NCBI GenBank assembly: GCA_965220965.1
Contig: OZ244852.1
Coordinates: 160,001-224,000 of the forward strand
Source of the DNA: Candidatus Marinacidobacterium sp.
Lineage (GTDB): Bacteria; Acidobacteriota; Vicinamibacteria; Marinacidobacterales; Marinacidobacteraceae
Length of the DNA: 64,000 nt
Direction: 5' to 3'
The position numbers were made by a program, and so were the translations under genes. Of the stretch, positions 7,725-17,912 are shown one piece after another (position 1 is the stretch's first letter; every line of letters starts with the position of its first letter). Under the pieces are notes generated by a model that did no database searches, had not been told where the DNA came from, and was given only the letters and a program-made list of their open reading frames with translations.

Positions 7725-10616
7725 TCAGCCCTGAGCGAGGGGCGTCGCAGACGGCGCGTCGGGACGCAGCGCGTCGGCCGCCGCCTCGACAGGGCTGTCT
7801 CCCTCGACATCGCAGCCGGTGCGCAGGATCTCGGGGGGAAGCGGCTCGAATCCGGTCAGCGAGCGGGTGATTTCCGACGGCCGGGGAGTGGGGCCTTCGG
7901 ATCCGGTGCGGGCCCGGAAGCGGAGCGTGAGGCGGTCGGGGGAGACGCCGAGGAGGGCGGCCTCCGCCCCGGCGGGGGCGAGATGGGGGTCTTCCACGAC
8001 CGCGCGCAGGTCGATTTCGACGGTGCGTTCGCCGGCCTTGGGGCGAGGCCCCCGGCGGCGAGGCGCCTTGACCTTGCGAACGATCCCGAGCGGCCACCCG
8101 GAGGCCTCTCCGAACGCGCGCAGCCGCTCGCGGGTCGACTCCGGCGCCTGGTCGGCGTTGAGCACCACCGCGTAGTCGAGCGCCCGGATCCAGCGGCTCA
8201 GCTTCGGCTCGCCCGGGGGCACCCGGTCCACGCGGTCGAAACGCAGGCCCTCTTCGCTCGCGCCCTGAAGGACGCGCAGCACATCGGTTTCCGGCCGCTC
8301 GCCGGTGAGCGCGAACTCGCAGTACTCCGCTGTCGACTGCACGCCGAGCGGCAGCGCCGGTCCGAACGAGATCCGCGGTCGCGGCGAGAACCCCTCGGTG
8401 AACCGGAGCGGCAGCCCCGCGCGCCGCAGCACCCGCGGCAGGATGCGGATGAGCTCGCCGTGGCCCCGAAGCGCCATCGGGCCGTACTTCGCAAAACGCG
8501 CGCGGTAGACGACCGGCTCCCCCTGCTCGATGTTCCGCGCCGGCGGCAGCGGGCGGGCGCTCCCTCCGCCGCCCGAAGGCGGCGCGGCGGCCCCGATCAC
8601 CGGGAGCAGCACGCCGTTGGCGGCGGCTTCTTCGCTGCGCGGCTCCTCGGCGCCCATCCGCTCGAGGAAGCCGATGCGCTCGTCCCGCATCCCGCCGAGG
8701 TCGCACGCCACGCCGCAGTGGTAGCAGACGAGTCGGCGCTCGTCCGCCCGGGCGTCGCGCAGGTTCGTGTGGTGGACCTGGAGCGACACCGGCTTGCCGC
8801 ACGGCGGGGAGGCCCGGTTCTTCAGCGCCCGGCGGTACTCGCGGAGCAGGAACCCGTCCTCCAGCCCGACATCCACGTGCTCCCACGGGAGCCGGCCATC
8901 CACCGGGATCGTCCCCAGCATCTCGCTGCGGGAGACTCCGGTCTCCGCCTCCCAGCGGTCGAGCGCCTCCCGCCAGACGTCCCAGCGAAGCTGCTCGTCC
9001 CAGCCGTCGAATCGCGCCCCGAGCCGCCATGCGGTCTCCACCAGCCGACCCGCCCGGATGTCCCCCCGGGCGAGGATGCCCTCGAGATGGCTTACCCGAG
9101 GGTCATGCGTGCGCAGCCGGAAGCCGTCCTCGCGGGCGCGCTCGCCGAGGAGTTCCTGCTTCCGCCGGATCTCCTCGAGCGGGTCCTGGGCGCACCACTG
9201 GAACGGGGTGTGGGGCTTGGGGACGTGGCTCGAGACCGAGACCGTGATCCGCACCCGCCGCTTCGCCTCCCGGTCCCCGATGCTGCGGGCCTGCCGGCCC
9301 ATGGCGGCGATCCCCAGGACATCTTCGTCCTCCTCGGTGGGAAGGCCGATCATGAAGTAGAGCTTGGCCCGGTCCCAGCCGCGCGAGAACACCCGCCGGC
9401 AGGTCTCGAAGATGTCCTCCTCGCTGACGTTCTTGTTCACGACATCCCGCATCCGCTGGGTGCCGGCCTCGGGGGCGAAGGTGAGCCCGGTGGCTTTGCC
9501 CCGCGCGATGTCGTCGAGGACTTCTTCCGGGAGCCCGTAAGCGCGCAGGCTGGAAACGCCCAGCGCGACCCGCCGCGGGACCAGTTCGTCCATGACCTGG
9601 TTGATCAGCGGAGCGACGCACGAGTAGTCGGCGGTCGACAGCGAGGTCAGCGAGGCCTCGTCGTAGCCGCCCTTCTCCACCGCCGAGACGACGGTGTTCA
9701 CGATCTCCTTCGGGTCGCGTTCGCGCACCGGCCGGTAGATCATCCCCGCCTGGCAGAACCGGCAGCCCTCGGTGCAGCCGCGGGCGATCTCGACCGCGGT
9801 GCGGTCGAAGATGGCCTCGGCCGCCGGAACCGGCGAGTCGTCGGGGAAGGGGAAGCGGTTCACATCGTCGAGGAAGGCGCGCTCGACGCGAAGCGGGACG
9901 CCGGGACGACGGGCCCGGGAAACGAAGGCGAAGCCGGACCGGGAGCAGACCTCGCGTTCGTAGAGCGCGGGACAGTAGAGGCCGCCGGGTTTCTGGAGCT
10001 CGAAGAGGAGCTCCTCGCGGTCGGTAATCCCCTCGCCGCGCAGCCGGGCGAGGTCGCGCATCAGTTCGGGGAGGCGCTCCTCGGCGTCGCCGATGAGGAA
10101 GGCGTCCACGAACGGGGCCATCGGCTCGGGCTGGGTGGCGACCGGGCCGCCGGCGACGATGATGGGGTGCTCGGGAGCGCGGTCGCGGCTGCGCACCGGG
10201 ATGCCGCCGAGGTCGAGCATCGTCAGGACGTTCGTGAAGGTCAGCTCGTACTGGAGCGAAAACCCCACGAGATCGAAGTCCGCGAGCGGGCGCCGGGTTT
10301 CCAGGCTGATCAGCGGAAGCTGACGCTCGCGGAGCTGCTCCTCCATGTCCGGCCAGGGGCAGAAGACCCGCTCGAGAGCGAGATCCGGCGCGTCGTTCAC
10401 GACCTTGTAGAGGATCTTCGTGCCGAGATGGCTCATCCCGATGTCATAGACATCCGGGAAACAGAAGGCCATCCGGCAGGCGATCCCGGCGTCCTCCGGT
10501 TTCGCGACCTGGAACCGCTCTCCCCCGGCGTATCGCGCCGGCCGGCTTACGAGGTGCAGGAAGTCCGCGTAGGGATGCCGGCTCTCGGCGACCGAATCGG
10601 AACTTGACGAGGACAT
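7725..10616 (-). CDS. B12-binding-like radical SAM protein (TIGR03960-type) fused to a TIGR03936/DUF2344-type C-terminal domain
   Basis: FPDVYDIGMSHLG; CxxxCxxC (RGCTEGCRFC); APEAGTQRMR; PKPHTPFQW; CYHCGVAC linker; C-terminal GFSPRPRISFGPALPLG. Start placed at MSSSSS, downstream of a TAATAT box. Confidence 0.88.
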   Translation of the reverse strand: MSSSSSDSVAESRHPYADFLHLVSRPARYAGGERFQVAKPEDAGIACRMAFCFPDVYDIGMSHLGTKILYKVVNDAPDLALERVFCPWPDMEEQLRERQLPLISLETRRPLADFDLVGFSLQYELTFTNVLTMLDLGGIPVRSRDRAPEHPIIVAGGPVATQPEPMAPFVDAFLIGDAEERLPELMRDLARLRGEGITDREELLFELQKPGGLYCPALYEREVCSRSGFAFVSRARRPGVPLRVERAFLDDVNRFPFPDDSPVPAAEAIFDRTAVEIARGCTEGCRFCQAGMIYRPVRERDPKEIVNTVVSAVEKGGYDEASLTSLSTADYSCVAPLINQVMDELVPRRVALGVSSLRAYGLPEEVLDDIARGKATGLTFAPEAGTQRMRDVVNKNVSEEDIFETCRRVFSRGWDRAKLYFMIGLPTEEDEDVLGIAAMGRQARSIGDREAKRRVRITVSVSSHVPKPHTPFQWCAQDPLEEIRRKQELLGERAREDGFRLRTHDPRVSHLEGILARGDIRAGRLVETAWRLGARFDGWDEQLRWDVWREALDRWEAETGVSRSEMLGTIPVDGRLPWEHVDVGLEDGFLLREYRRALKNRASPPCGKPVSLQVHHTNLRDARADERRLVCYHCGVACDLGGMRDERIGFLERMGAEEPRSEEAAANGVLLPVIGAAAPPSGGGGSARPLPPARNIEQGEPVVYRARFAKYGPMALRGHGELIRILPRVLRRAGLPLRFTEGFSPRPRISFGPALPLGVQSTAEYCEFALTGERPETDVLRVLQGASEEGLRFDRVDRVPPGEPKLSRWIRALDYAVVLNADQAPESTRERLRAFGEASGWPLGIVRKVKAPRRRGPRPKAGERTVEIDLRAVVEDPHLAPAGAEAALLGVSPDRLTLRFRARTGSEGPTPRPSEITRSLTGFEPLPPEILRTGCDVEGDSPVEAAADALRPDAPSATPLAQG

Positions 10617-10735
10617 CAGGGCGTCTGAGGGGAAGGATGAACCCGGAATATTAGGTCCGGATCGGGTTCCGGCCGCTGTCGTGGCGGCGTCCCCGATCGG
10701 GAAGCGCCGCCCCCTCCGCATGGGAGGACGAACCG

Positions 10736-11848
10736 TCAGCCGCCGGAGCGTTCCAGCAGGTAGCGGCCCACGACGGCGAGGCCCATCCCCACCAGGCCGG
10801 TCGTGGCCGGGACCAGCCACGCGATGAGCCGCTGCTTCCGGTCCCGCTGATCCTGCAGGACCGTTCCTACGGCTTCCATCGTTTCGAGGCGATTCGCGAT
10901 GTCGGTCACGCGGTCCCGCAGTTCCCTGACTTCCGCCCTGAGCTCCGCCATGCTGGCGTTGAGGCGCTTCTCCATCGCCTCGCGCTGCCCGCGGTTCTCT
11001 GCCCTGAGCTCCGCGAATCTGGCGTTGAGGCGCTTCTCCATGGCCTCGCGCTGCTCGCGGCCTTCCGCCCTGGTCTCGGCGATTCTGGCGTTGAGGCGCT
11101 TCTCCATGGCCTCCCGTTGGTCGTGGCCTTCCGCCTTGAGCTCCGCGTACTGCTTGCGGCCTTCCGCTTTGAGTTCCGCGTACTGCTTGCGGGTCTCCGC
11201 CCTGAGCTCCGCGATACTGGCGTTGAGGCGCTTCTCCATGGCCTCGCGTTGCTCGCGGCCTTCCGTCTTGAGCTCCCCGTTCTGCTTGCGGCTCTCCGCC
11301 TTGAGCTCCATGTACTGCTTGCGGCTTTCCGCCTTGAGTTCCGCGTACTGCTTGCGGCCTTCCGCCTTGAGTTCCGCGTACTGCTTGCGGGTCTCCGCCC
11401 TGAGCTCCGCGTACTGCTTGCGGCCTTCCGCCTTGAGTTCCGCGTACTGCTTGCGGGTCTCCGCCCTGAGCTCCGCGATGCTGGCGTTGAGGCGCTTTTC
11501 CATCTCGCGGTTCTCCGCCCTGAGCTCCGCGATGCTGGCGGTAAAGCGCTTCTCCATGGCCTCGCGCTCGCGTCGGGCCTCCTCGCGGTCCTGCCGGGCC
11601 TCCTCGCGCATCGCCTCCAGCATCCGGAACATCATCGCCATCTGGTCCTGTGGAACCGGGGGCGCGCCGGCCGTCACGCCGGCGTCCGGCGGGGCCGCAA
11701 GCGCAGGCGCCGAGGGCTTCGGTGGAGTCGGGGCGGAAGACATCGCGGGCTGGTGCGACGGAGATCGTCGAGATTCAGTGTAGGGCCGGGCGTGCGATGC
11801 GGCAACCGCCTCCGTTCGCTTCGCGGCAGGGCTCTGTGGATCGTTCAT
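10736..11848 (-). CDS. Coiled-coil 11/22-mer repeat protein with C-terminal TM anchor, paralog 1 (longest)
   Basis: AELxAExRKQY and EAMEKRLNASIAELRAE repeats; C-terminal LIAWLVPATTGLVGMGLAVVG. GGAGG before MNDPQ; an alternative start is MSSAP at 11743. Confidence 0.85.
   Translation of the reverse strand: MNDPQSPAAKRTEAVAASHARPYTESRRSPSHQPAMSSAPTPPKPSAPALAAPPDAGVTAGAPPVPQDQMAMMFRMLEAMREEARQDREEARREREAMEKRFTASIAELRAENREMEKRLNASIAELRAETRKQYAELKAEGRKQYAELRAETRKQYAELKAEGRKQYAELKAESRKQYMELKAESRKQNGELKTEGREQREAMEKRLNASIAELRAETRKQYAELKAEGRKQYAELKAEGHDQREAMEKRLNARIAETRAEGREQREAMEKRLNARFAELRAENRGQREAMEKRLNASMAELRAEVRELRDRVTDIANRLETMEAVGTVLQDQRDRKQRLIAWLVPATTGLVGMGLAVVGRYLLERSGG
11131..11478 (-). repeat. 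33-bp coding tandem repeats (AELKAEGRKQY)
   Basis: Recurrent ttccgccttgagttccgcgtactgcttgcggcc units on the + strand. Confidence 0.9.
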
Positions 11849-12042
11849 GCGGGTCCTCCGGAAGCTCGCCGAACCTCCGGGTGGGTTCACGGAGAGCTCC
11901 GCCTGGAACTGCACGACGCAGATTCGGCGGTAAACGGGTCATCCGGGCTGGACGGTCGAAAACTCGAACCTCTTCCCGACGCCCCAACCGGCGCCTCGCC
12001 GGCCCGACCAGGCCGCCCTTCCCGCGTCGCCGCGGGGAGTGG

Positions 12043-12843
12043 TCAGCCGCCGAAGCGTTCCAGCAGGTAGCGACCCACGACGGCGAGGCCCATCCCCACC
12101 AGGCCGGTCGTGGCCGGGACCAGCCAGGCGATGAGCCGCTGCTTCCGGTCCCGCTGCTCCTTCAGGACGGTTCCGACAGCGTCCATGGAGTCAATGCGCC
12201 TACCCATGTCGTTCACGCGCTCGCGCAGTTCCCTGACTTCCGCCCTGAGCTCCGCGATGCTGGCGTTGAGGCGCTTCTCCATGGCCTCGCTCTGCACGCG
12301 GTTCTCCGCCTTGAGCTCCGAGTACTGCTTGCGGTTCTCTGCCCTGGTCTCCGCGATGCTGGCGTTGAGGCGCTTCTCCATGGCCTCGCTCTGCACGCGG
12401 TTCTCCGCCTTGAGCTCCGAGTACTGCTTGCGGTTCTCTGCCCTGGTCTCCGCGATGCTGGCGTTGAGGCGCTTCTCCATGGCGCGGTTCTCCGCTCTGA
12501 GCTCCGCGATGCTGGCGTTGAGGCGCTTCTCGATGGCCTCGCGATCCCGTCGGGCCTCCTCCCGCTCGCGCCGGGCCTCCTCGCGGTCCCGCCGGGCCTC
12601 CTTGCGGATCGTCTCCAGCATCCGGAACATCATCGCCATCTGGTCCTGTGGAACCGGGGGCGCGGCGGTCGCCGTCACGCCGGCGTCCGGCGGGCCCGCA
12701 GGCGCCGAGGGCTTCGGCGGAGTCGGGTTGGGAGACATGGCGGGTTCGCCGACGCTGGATCGATGTCTTCCAGTGTAGGGCCGGGAGGACGATGCGGCAA
12801 CCGCCTCCGTTCGCTTCGCGGCAGGGCTCTGTGGATCGTTCAT
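12043..12843 (-). CDS. Coiled-coil repeat protein with C-terminal TM anchor, paralog 2
   Basis: Same termini as paralog 1; two exact 33-aa (99-bp) internal repeats. Alternative start at 12738. Confidence 0.85.
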   Translation of the reverse strand: MNDPQSPAAKRTEAVAASSSRPYTGRHRSSVGEPAMSPNPTPPKPSAPAGPPDAGVTATAAPPVPQDQMAMMFRMLETIRKEARRDREEARREREEARRDREAIEKRLNASIAELRAENRAMEKRLNASIAETRAENRKQYSELKAENRVQSEAMEKRLNASIAETRAENRKQYSELKAENRVQSEAMEKRLNASIAELRAEVRELRERVNDMGRRIDSMDAVGTVLKEQRDRKQRLIAWLVPATTGLVGMGLAVVGRYLLERFGG

Positions 12844-13038
12844 GCGGGTCCTCCGGAAGCTCGCCGAACCTCCGGTTGGGTTCTCGGAGAGCTCCCCGTG
12901 GAACTGCACGAACGCAGATTCGGCGGTAAACGGGTCATCCGGGCTGGACGGTCGAAAACTCGAACCTCTTCCCGACGCCCTAACCGGCGCCTCGCCGGCC
13001 CGACCAGGCCGCCCCTCCCGCGTCGCCGCGGGGAGTGG

Positions 13039-13605
13039 TCAGCCGCCGAAGCGTTCCAGCAGGTAGCGACCCACGAGGGCGAGGCCCATCCCCACCAGGC
13101 CGGTCGTGGCCGGGACCAGCCAGGCGATGAGCCGCTGCTTCCGGTCCCGCTGCTCCTTCAGGACGGTTCCGACCGCATCCATCGTCTTCAGACGGCTCGC
13201 GATGTCGTTCACGCGGTCCCGCAGCTCTCCGAGTTCACCCCGGGTCTCCCGGTTCTCCCCCCTGAGCTCCGCGATGCTGGCGGTGAGGCGCTTCTCCATG
13301 GCCTCGCGTTCGCGCCGGGCCTCCTCGCGGTCCCGCTGCGCTCCCTCGCGGTTCCGCCGGACCTCCTCGTGAATCATCTCCAGCATCCGGAACATCATCG
13401 CCATCTGGTCCTGTGGAACCGGGGGCGCGGCGGTCGCCGTTCCGCTTGCCTCCGAAGGCGCCACCGGCGAGGGCTGCGATGGAGTCGGGGTGGGGGACAT
13501 GGCGGGCTGGTGCGACGGAGATCGTCGGGATTCAGTGTAGGGCCGGGCGGGCGATGCGGCAACCGCCTCCGTTCGCTTCGCGGCAGGGCTCTGTGGATCG
13601 TTCAT
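13039..13605 (-). CDS. Coiled-coil repeat protein with C-terminal TM anchor, paralog 3 (shortest)
   Basis: Same termini as the other two; a single EAMEKRLTASIAELR module. Alternative start at 13500. Confidence 0.85.
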   Translation of the reverse strand: MNDPQSPAAKRTEAVAASPARPYTESRRSPSHQPAMSPTPTPSQPSPVAPSEASGTATAAPPVPQDQMAMMFRMLEMIHEEVRRNREGAQRDREEARREREAMEKRLTASIAELRGENRETRGELGELRDRVNDIASRLKTMDAVGTVLKEQRDRKQRLIAWLVPATTGLVGMGLALVGRYLLERFGG

Positions 13606-13837
13606 GCGGGTCCTCCGGAAGCTCGCCGAACCTCCGGGTGGGTTCACGGAGAGCTCCGCCTGGAACTGCACTACGCAGATTCGGCGCTAAACGGGTCATC
13701 CCCACCGGACTGTCGAAAACCCGTGCGCCTGCCGACACCCCGGCTCGAGGCGCCGCTCCTTCCAGCGGTTGTTTCCGTCTCGAACGACAGCGCCGGTTCT
13801 CCCGGAGGCGGCCGTGCTACTTTCCCGCGCCGTCGCC

Positions 13838-15844
13838 ATGCCGCCGAAGACCGCGTCCGCAACTCACTCCTCACGCCGCGCGTTCGACCAGACGGATCAG
13901 GCCGCGATCGCCGCGATTCGCGGGCTCTCCATCGACGCTGTCGAGCGGGCGAACTCCGGTCACCCCGGCCTTCCGATGGGGGCCGCGCCGATGGCCTGGG
14001 TCCTGTGGAGTCGCCACCTCCGCTACGACCCGGAAGACCCCGGCTGGCCCGATCGGGACCGGTTCGTTCTGTCGGCGGGCCACGGCTCGATGCTGCTCTA
14101 CGCGCTGCTCCACGTGGCCGGCTTCGATCTGACGCTCGACGACCTTCGCGGTTTCCGGCAGTGGGGAGCGAAGACGCCGGGGCACCCGGAGAACTTCGTG
14201 ACCGCGGGCGTCGAGGCGACTACCGGACCCCTGGGGCAGGGGACCGGCAACTCGGTCGGGATGGCGATCGCCGAGCGCGCGCTGCGCGCCCGCTTCCCGG
14301 GGCTCGTGGACCACCGCACGTGGGCGCTCGTCTCGGACGGCGACCTCATGGAAGGGGTCGCCTGCGAGGCGGCGTCGCTCGCGGGGCAGCTCGGGCTCGG
14401 CCGCCTCACCTGGATCTACGACGCGAACGATGTGACCCTCGACGGCCCGGCGTCGCTTTCGTTCTCGGTGGAGGATGTGGCGGCGCGGCACGAAGCGCTC
14501 GGCTGGAGCGTCGAGACCGTCCCCAACGGGGACCACGATCTCGAGGCCATCGACGCCGCGCTCCAGCGCGCCAGGCGGGAGGAGGACCGACCCTCGCTCA
14601 TCGTCGTCAGGACGACGATCGGGTACGGGGCGCCCACGAAGGCCGGGACATCGGATGCCCACGGCGCCCCGCTCGGGGCCGCCGAGGCGCGGGCGGCGAA
14701 GGCGGCGTTCGGGCTGAACCCGGACGATGACTTCGCCGTGCCCGATGAGGTCCGGGCGCGCGGCGCGGAGCGGGCGCGCGAGGGCGCCGGGGAGCGCCGC
14801 CGCTGGCTGCTGGCCCGCGAGGGGGCTCCGACGGACGAGGTTGCCGAACTGGACCGGCGCCTCGCCGGGGATCTCCCTCCGGGCTGGTCCGATGCGCTGC
14901 CGCGTTTCGGCGCGGGAGACCGCCTCGCCACCCGCGAGGCCTCCGGCAAGGTCATGAACGCCATCGCCCCGGGAGTCCCCGAGTTCTTCGGCGGCGACGC
15001 CGATCTCTCGTGTTCCACCAAGACCGCCCTCAACGGCGGCGGGTCGCAATCGGCGACCGACGCCGGCGGCCGGAATCTCCACTACGGCGTTCGGGAGCAC
15101 GCGATGGGCGCGGCGGCCAACGGGATCGCTCTCCACGGCGGTTTCCGCACGTTCGCCTCGACCTTCTTCTGCTTCTCGGACTACATGCGGCCCTCGGTCC
15201 GGCTGGCCGCGCTCTCCGGGCTTCCGGTCGCCTACGTCTGGACGCACGACTCGGTGGGCGTCGGCGAGGACGGACCCACCCACCAGCCGGTGGAGCACCT
15301 CATGTCGCTTCGGGCGATGCCGAACCTCCACGTGGTCCGCCCCGCCGACGCGAACGAGACCGCCGAGGCCTGGCGTCATGCGCTCGAGCGGCGCGATGGC
15401 CCGACCGCGCTCGTGCTGAGCCGCCAGAAACTCCCGGTCGTGACGACCCCCGAACAGGCCCGGGGCCTCCACCGGGGCGGCTACGTGGTCCAGGATGCCG
15501 AGGGCCCCCGGGCGATCCTGCTTGCGACCGGCTCCGAGGTTCCGCTCGCCCTGCGGGCGGCGGCGGACCTGAAGCGGGACGGCGTTCCGGTGCGGGTCGT
15601 TTCGCTTCCCTGCTGGGAGCTGTTCGAGAGCCAGAGCGCCGGGTATCGCGCCGAAGTGCTGCCGGAGGGCGTCCCTCGGGTCGCGGTCGAGGCGGGGGTC
15701 ACGCTCGGCTGGGAGCGCTACGTCGGCGCCGGTCCGGTCATCGGGGTGGACCGCTTCGGCGCTTCCGCGCCGGGTCCGGAAGTCGCCGCCCGCCTTGGGC
15801 TTACGGCGGAAGCGGTGGCCGACGCCGTCCGCTCGGTTCTCTGA
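13838..15844 (+). CDS. tkt: Transketolase
   Basis: [55 protein letters not shown]. Confidence 0.97.
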   Translation: MPPKTASATHSSRRAFDQTDQAAIAAIRGLSIDAVERANSGHPGLPMGAAPMAWVLWSRHLRYDPEDPGWPDRDRFVLSAGHGSMLLYALLHVAGFDLTLDDLRGFRQWGAKTPGHPENFVTAGVEATTGPLGQGTGNSVGMAIAERALRARFPGLVDHRTWALVSDGDLMEGVACEAASLAGQLGLGRLTWIYDANDVTLDGPASLSFSVEDVAARHEALGWSVETVPNGDHDLEAIDAALQRARREEDRPSLIVVRTTIGYGAPTKAGTSDAHGAPLGAAEARAAKAAFGLNPDDDFAVPDEVRARGAERAREGAGERRRWLLAREGAPTDEVAELDRRLAGDLPPGWSDALPRFGAGDRLATREASGKVMNAIAPGVPEFFGGDADLSCSTKTALNGGGSQSATDAGGRNLHYGVREHAMGAAANGIALHGGFRTFASTFFCFSDYMRPSVRLAALSGLPVAYVWTHDSVGVGEDGPTHQPVEHLMSLRAMPNLHVVRPADANETAEAWRHALERRDGPTALVLSRQKLPVVTTPEQARGLHRGGYVVQDAEGPRAILLATGSEVPLALRAAADLKRDGVPVRVVSLPCWELFESQSAGYRAEVLPEGVPRVAVEAGVTLGWERYVGAGPVIGVDRFGASAPGPEVAARLGLTAEAVADAVRSVL

Positions 15845-15871
15845 CGCCGCCGCCGGGGCGCGCCATCCGGG

Positions 15872-15886
15872 TGGCATGAGCCTTGC
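15872..15886 (+). promoter_or_regulatory. Sigma-54 (-24/-12) promoter
   Basis: TGGCATGAGCCTTGC matches TGGCAC-N5-TTGC with exact GG-N10-GC spacing. It is intergenic, 15 nt before ATG 15902. Confidence 0.7.
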
Positions 15887-15901
15887 GGTTCGAAACGTTT
15901 C

Positions 15902-16288
15902 ATGAGGAAGTTCCTGCTGGCGCCGGGGCTCGTCGTCCTGTTGATTTCTCTGGGCTCGGCGACCGCGGTCGGCGCGGACGGTCTGCAAGACCGCGCCTTC
16001 GCGGCGGGCGCCTCGGCGTCAGCCCGGGTATTCGAGACCGGGCGGGAGGCGCCGGCCGCGGCCGCCGAGCCCGACGGGTCCGGGATGTCCTGGCGGGGCG
16101 TGGTGATCACCTCGCTGGTGGCTTCAGTGGCGGCGGCGGCGGTGACCGCCTTCGTGCTGCGGGATCGCGCCGGATGTCGGGTGTGGTCGGGGCCCCGGTG
16201 GGACTGGGGTCCCGCGCGATGGGAGTCCGACATCCCGGCGCCGCGACCGGCGCCGACGCCGCTGCCCGAAGTCTGCGTAGCCCGATAG
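15902..16288 (+). CDS. Hypothetical small exported/membrane protein
   Basis: Signal peptide MRKFLLAPGLVVLLISLG plus a second hydrophobic helix; fills the intergenic gap. Confidence 0.65.
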   Translation: MRKFLLAPGLVVLLISLGSATAVGADGLQDRAFAAGASASARVFETGREAPAAAAEPDGSGMSWRGVVITSLVASVAAAAVTAFVLRDRAGCRVWSGPRWDWGPARWESDIPAPRPAPTPLPEVCVAR

Positions 16289-16362
16289 TCCGCTCGCCAG
16301 TGATCCGTCGGAGCTCTCTCGCCCCCCGGCAACCCATCGCTCAGGATCTAGAATCGCCATCC

Positions 16363-16803
16363 ATGGGCGCCGCGCTCCTCCGCCGCACCCTGCCGGGGAT
16401 CCTCCTGGCGCTCTCCCTCGGCTGCTCTCCGAGCACCACCCCGGCTTACCCGACGCCCGATATCCAGGCGAACGCCGGGGATTTCTTCCCGCTGCGCGCC
16501 GGGGATCTGGCGCTCGTGGTGATTCCCGCGGACTTCCTCTACATCAGCATCCAGTCCATCGGACTCGACACCCGCTGCCCCCCGGACACCGAGTGCGCCG
16601 AGCCCGGATTCGTGATCGTGTCGCTCGAGCTCGAGGACTCCACCCGCCAGGGCGCGGCCCAGATGCTCATCCCTCCGAGCGGCGAGGCCGTCGCCACGTT
16701 CGGGGCCTTCGAGATCCGGAGCCTCCGCGTGGAGCCGCCCGGCAGCCGGGACCGCATCCTCCCCACCGACTACGGCATCGTGTTCCAGGTCGTCGCCCGC
16801 TGA
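16363..16803 (+). CDS. Small lipoprotein with D(T/S)RCP-x4-C motif
   Basis: Lipobox-like SLG-C; DTRCPPDTEC; TAGAAT box 8 nt upstream of the ATG. Confidence 0.75.
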   Translation: MGAALLRRTLPGILLALSLGCSPSTTPAYPTPDIQANAGDFFPLRAGDLALVVIPADFLYISIQSIGLDTRCPPDTECAEPGFVIVSLELEDSTRQGAAQMLIPPSGEAVATFGAFEIRSLRVEPPGSRDRILPTDYGIVFQVVAR

Positions 16804-17912
16804 CCGGGCGGGATCCGGGCGCAGACGGCCCGTCGGCGGGCCTTCCCGAGGGCAAGGTCCCCCCCAAGGTCCTTTCCCGCCTGCTTCGCCGGCTGGAGGC
16901 CGATCCCGCCCTCCCGCTCGGCCCGGAGCCGGGAGAAGACGCTGCGGTGGTCCGCGTGGATGGCGCCGAGCGTCTGGTCCTGGCGTCCGACCCGATCACT
17001 TTCCCCACCGCGGACCCCGGCTGGCAGGCGGTCATCATCAACGCGAACGACGTGGCGGCGACCGGCGGAGAACCGCGCTGGTTCCTGTCGACGGTGATCG
17101 CGCCCCCCGGCGCCACCGAGGAGGATCTGGCGCATGTCGCCGAGGGGATCAGCCGGGGCTGCCGCGAAGTCGGCGCGACCCCGGTCGGCGGTCACACCGA
17201 GGTCTCCCCGGCGGTCGACCGGATCGTGGTGAGCGGCGTCATGGCGGGGCCGGCGACGCCGGAGCGGATCAAGCCCAGCGGCGGGGCCCGCGAGGGCGAC
17301 ATGCTGCTCGTGACCAAGGGCGTCGCCATCGAGGCGACCGCGGTCGTGGCCGAAGCGATGGCGGCCGAGGTCACCGCCGCCTTCGGCGAGGACTTTCGCC
17401 AGTCCTGTCTGGCCTTCGTTCGCGATCCGGGCATCTCCGTCGCGCCCGAAGCCCGCGTCGCGGCGGGGGTTTCTGAGGTTCACGCCATGCACGACGTGAC
17501 CGAGGGAGGCATCGCGACCGCGATCCGGGAGATGGCGGAGGCGGCGGGTCTGGGCGTCATCGTCGCCGAGACCGAAATCCCGCGGTTCCACGAGTCGAAA
17601 CGCCTTCTCGAGCACTTCGGGCTGGATCCGCTCGGCGCGATCGGCTCCGGCGCGCTTCTGATCGCCTGCGCGGAAGACGCCACCGGGGATCTGCTCGACC
17701 GGATCGCCGACGCCGGGGTCGCGGCCCACGTCATCGGACGCTTCGTCCGCGCGTCGGCGGGCCTGAAGCTCCTGCGCGGCGCCAACCGGCGCGATCTGCC
17801 CCGCTTCGCCGCCGACGAGATCACCCGCCTCGCCTCACTCTCCCCGCGCCTCGCGCCCGCCCTCGCGCGGGCGGAGGTCCGGGCCGGCTACACTCCGCGC
17901 CCGCCGGTTGCC
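16800..17912 (+). CDS. AIR synthase-related (HypE/ThiL-like) protein, in frame with trkA and lacking its own stop
   Basis: GEDAAV, SDPIT, NANDVAATGG, VGGHTEV, AMHDVTEGG, DEI near the end. Start uncertain (possibly CTG overlapping the upstream TGA). Confidence 0.8.

Larger units (their letters stand above)
10735..13720. repeat. Three tandem direct repeat units (about 10735-12041, 12042-13037, 13038-13720), each a gene plus upstream region
   Basis: Near-identical 3' gene ends, 5' gene ends and upstream intergenic DNA in the three units. They differ mainly in internal repeat number. Confidence 0.92.

Noticed and set aside
7725-10616. Radical SAM two-domain fusion as a novelty or RiPP maturase
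   Set aside because: The TIGR03960/TIGR03936-type fusion is common; no SPASM domain or precursor peptide is evident.
11131-11478. 33-bp repeats as a possible CRISPR array
   Set aside because: Contiguous in-frame coding repeats without unique spacers; no cas genes in the window.
10735-13720. Integron cassette array or IS-mediated repeats
   Set aside because: No integrase, transposase, attC-like GTTRRRY sites or terminal inverted repeats seen; the units are paralogs of one gene.
11650-14730. 1026-aa plus-strand ORF across the coiled-coil repeats
   Set aside because: Arg/Gly/Leu-rich translation of antisense repeat DNA that also overlaps tkt out of frame.
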